Shown here: positions 61,851 to 64,000 of the stretch, piece by piece | Layout of the letters: every line of letters begins with the position of its first letter | How positions within the stretch are numbered: position 1 is the first letter of the stretch | Origin: an uncultured Bdellovibrionales bacterium | Lineage (GTDB): Bacteria > Patescibacteriota > Minisyncoccia > Moranbacterales > UBA1568 | Assembly: GCA_964543815.1 (NCBI GenBank) | Contig: CAZIZG010000005.1 | Coordinates: 9,424-73,423 of the forward strand | DNA length: 64,000 nucleotides | Reading direction: 5' to 3' | Translations under genes and position numbers: made by a program | Notes under the pieces: model-generated | What the model was told of the DNA's origin: nothing | Database searches by the model: none | What the model saw: the letters and a program-made list of their open reading frames with translations, nothing else

Positions 61851-63224
61851 ATGAAGGAACGCTCATCAACATTTTGGTTTGCCTTCGTTACCCTCTCGCT
61901 TATCTTTTTGGCAGGCTGGTTTGTGTTTTGGCAGGTACGCACTGGCGGTTGGGACAGCCTGAAGCGTCTTTTAGGTTGGTTGCCAGTGACGCAAGAGACA
62001 AAGACTGATCTTGATACCGTTATTTCTTTGGCTAACTCATTGCTTGATACTGACGGTGAAGAAAAGGTGTTTCTTATTCTGTTTCAAAATAACTTGGAAC
62101 TTCGCCCTGGAGGGGGATTTATTGGGAGTTTCGGTATTTTAAAGGTACGTGATGGACATATTACTCATTTCATGGTGCACGATACAGGTAATTTCGACGG
62201 ACGAATTCCGGATGCAGTAGCGCCACCATACCCCATGAAAGAAACACTCAAGATTCCGTCTTGGAAATTGCGTGACTCAAACTATTCTCCCGATTTTTCG
62301 GAAAATGCCAAATGGGCAGTGGATTTCTATCACATGGGAAAGGGTGAAGAGCAGTTTGATGGTGTCATTGGTGTTACGGCCAATGTCCTCACTTCTTTTT
62401 TGCGAGTAACTGGACCAGTGGAACTCGAAGGCTATCCTGGGACATATGGTGCCGACAATGCCATTCTTGATTTGGAATACCAGGTTGAGCAAGGATACCT
62501 CAAACAGAATATCGATTTTGGTGAGCGTAAATCCGTCATGGGCATCCTCGGATTAGAAATTTTGAAGCGCGTGAAAGAATTGTCGCTCCCGAAAAAGTAT
62601 GAATTATTCCAGGTGATGCTTGATGATTTGCGGCGCAAGGATGTACAGCTCTCTTTTAAGGATCAGAATTTGCAAGATGACGTCGTAGCTGCTCATTGGG
62701 ATGGCCGTCTCGATGCTGATTGGAAAAACGATTACCTTTTACTCGTTGATGCGAACCTGAATTCATTCAAGAGTGACTATTTTGTGAAGCGGTCGTATCA
62801 GTACACGATTGATCTCTCAAAGGAAACTCCTGAGGCGACGCTTTCAGTTACCTATAAGCACACAGCCCCTAAGAAAGACTGGTTTACCAAGGACTATCAG
62901 TCATATTTGCGTGTCTATGTTCCAAGGGGGAGTTATCTCGTGGATGTGACGAATGCAGCGACCAAGCCAGTTTTTGGCGAATTTCTGAATAAGAAATATT
63001 TTGGTACTCTTATTCAGGTACCGCTTGGGAGTGAAAAAACAGTGACGTTCCATTATACCCTTCCTAAAGATATTGAACGAACCTGGTATGATTTGAAGGT
63101 AGAGAAGCAACCAGGATTGAACGATGTGCCAGTTTCAACCACTGTCATCGGAACTGATGGCACCAAGATGGAAAAATCTTTCACGTTGAACCAAAATACG
63201 GTGTGGAGTGAGATCAAACAATAG
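61851..63224 (+). CDS. Hypothetical membrane-anchored extracytoplasmic protein (possibly DUF4012-like)
   Basis: 457 aa with an N-terminal TM and the motif LELRPGGGFIGSFGILKV; immediately downstream of the polysaccharide locus. Confidence 0.45.
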   Translation: MKERSSTFWFAFVTLSLIFLAGWFVFWQVRTGGWDSLKRLLGWLPVTQETKTDLDTVISLANSLLDTDGEEKVFLILFQNNLELRPGGGFIGSFGILKVRDGHITHFMVHDTGNFDGRIPDAVAPPYPMKETLKIPSWKLRDSNYSPDFSENAKWAVDFYHMGKGEEQFDGVIGVTANVLTSFLRVTGPVELEGYPGTYGADNAILDLEYQVEQGYLKQNIDFGERKSVMGILGLEILKRVKELSLPKKYELFQVMLDDLRRKDVQLSFKDQNLQDDVVAAHWDGRLDADWKNDYLLLVDANLNSFKSDYFVKRSYQYTIDLSKETPEATLSVTYKHTAPKKDWFTKDYQSYLRVYVPRGSYLVDVTNAATKPVFGEFLNKKYFGTLIQVPLGSEKTVTFHYTLPKDIERTWYDLKVEKQPGLNDVPVSTTVIGTDGTKMEKSFTLNQNTVWSEIKQ

Positions 63225-63391
63225 ACCTGTTTCGAAGTCCTGCAAGGGCGCTTCGGGGCAGTAGCCAAGGGGTATCGATGCATGTGCACGTTGGTGCGAT
63301 GCCCCTTCACTACTGCCTTTTTCTTTGGCAGCGTACCTTAATCATCGCCTCAACAGAGGCTCGCTCATTGCACAAACACGGAGGAAGAACC

Positions 63392-64000
63392 ATGTTCGAT
63401 GCCACTTTGTGGTTGGGATGCTATGCCGTCGGGACTCTGTTCCTGATGGTCGAAACGCTGACCATTTCTGGGATTGCCTCTTATGAGGTCAGGGATTTGC
63501 GCGAGGACTTTGCTCGAGTGGATTCGTTCCTCGTACCACGAGTGATTGCCGCTGCTCGACCATGGCGTCACGTGTTGCGCATTGCTCCACTGGTATTGAT
63601 CAACGTCCTGTGGGGCTACTTCTTGGTCTTTGGCCTAGGGCTCGAAGCTGATGAGCGGCTCATCGGGGCGCTCGGAGGAATTCTGGCGCTGGAATGGCTC
63701 GTCATGGCTGTGGTGCGGAGAATCAACGCTCGCAAGTATCGGGAAGATATCGAGGAGTGCAAGCTCTTGGCTCATCCGGATAACCTGCGAGTTATCGGTT
63801 GTCTTCAGGACCGATCGCCACCGGATGCCTACAACTTCAATCCGGACGAACTAGGACCTGGGCGTTCATTCCGGGCTGGACACGTCGTGCGTGGTGGTCG
63901 ACTCATCACGGTCGTGACGGAGACTGATCGGGTCATGCTCTTCTTACCGCTGGCTTTCTATGGTCCCCGCCCAGTCGAAGAGACCGATGCGCCGGTGGTG
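63392..64000 (+). CDS. Hypothetical GC-rich membrane protein, 3'-partial at the window end (missing from the ORF track)
   Basis: Stop-free frame from ATG 63392 to the window end (at least 203 aa) with two N-terminal TM helices; GGAGGAAG SD 5 nt upstream; GC-rich codons unlike the preceding gene. Confidence 0.4.
   Translation, partial: MFDATLWLGCYAVGTLFLMVETLTISGIASYEVRDLREDFARVDSFLVPRVIAAARPWRHVLRIAPLVLINVLWGYFLVFGLGLEADERLIGALGGILALEWLVMAVVRRINARKYREDIEECKLLAHPDNLRVIGCLQDRSPPDAYNFNPDELGPGRSFRAGHVVRGGRLITVVTETDRVMLFLPLAFYGPRPVEETDAPVV

Overview
The window looks like a small-genome, CPR/Patescibacteria-like bacterial chromosome segment. This is an inference from gene content and gene style; no rRNA is present to confirm it. 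Its backbone is about 48-50% GC, and native genes mostly lack Shine-Dalgarno sequences. Many native genes start just downstream of TTGACA-N17-TATACT/TAATAT promoters, several within 7-30 nt of the start codon.

Native content I can support:
- DNA repair and RNA processing: recJ, rnhA, a NUDIX hydrolase.
- Efflux and transport: a MacAB-type module (HlyD adaptor, ABC ATPase, two FtsX permeases), an ABC-F ATPase, DMT/EamA transporters.
- Cell wall and shape: class-A PBP, mreB-mreC-mreD-PBP2 operon.
- Translation: TyrRS, PheS, PheT, AspRS, LysRS, SerRS, tRNA-Val(CAC), tRNA-Lys(UUU, minus strand), frr, greA.
- Secretion: secD-secF, where SecD carries an embedded parvulin PPIase domain.
- Envelope and signalling: rseP, an ADP-forming acetyl-CoA synthetase, and a histidine kinase with a dual-receiver response regulator.
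- Surface polysaccharide: four GT4 glycosyltransferases, three Wzz/PCP-like paralogs, an O-antigen-ligase-like protein, a methyltransferase and an NAD-dependent epimerase.

Notable anomalies:
1. Several GC-rich segments (about 55-67% GC) carry canonical SD sequences and encode signal-peptide or lipoprotein products. The largest is a roughly 3.9-kb three-gene island at 46.3-50.2 kb. Smaller ones sit at 6.5 kb, 9.7 kb (a remnant), 41.8 kb (beside tRNA-Lys), 55.4 kb and 63.4 kb. These look horizontally acquired, or they are assembly chimeras.
2. A short PaaX-like regulator gene at the island edge is flanked by a pair of about 40-bp hairpin elements in inverted orientation.
3. A gene is interrupted at an A AAA AAT heptamer, consistent with a -1 frameshift or a homopolymer indel.
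4. A Cys-rich, acidic-tailed small membrane protein is translationally coupled to a divergent PurD-like ATP-grasp ligase, next to a DMT transporter and the two-component pair.

No CRISPR array, rRNA or recognisable transposase was found.
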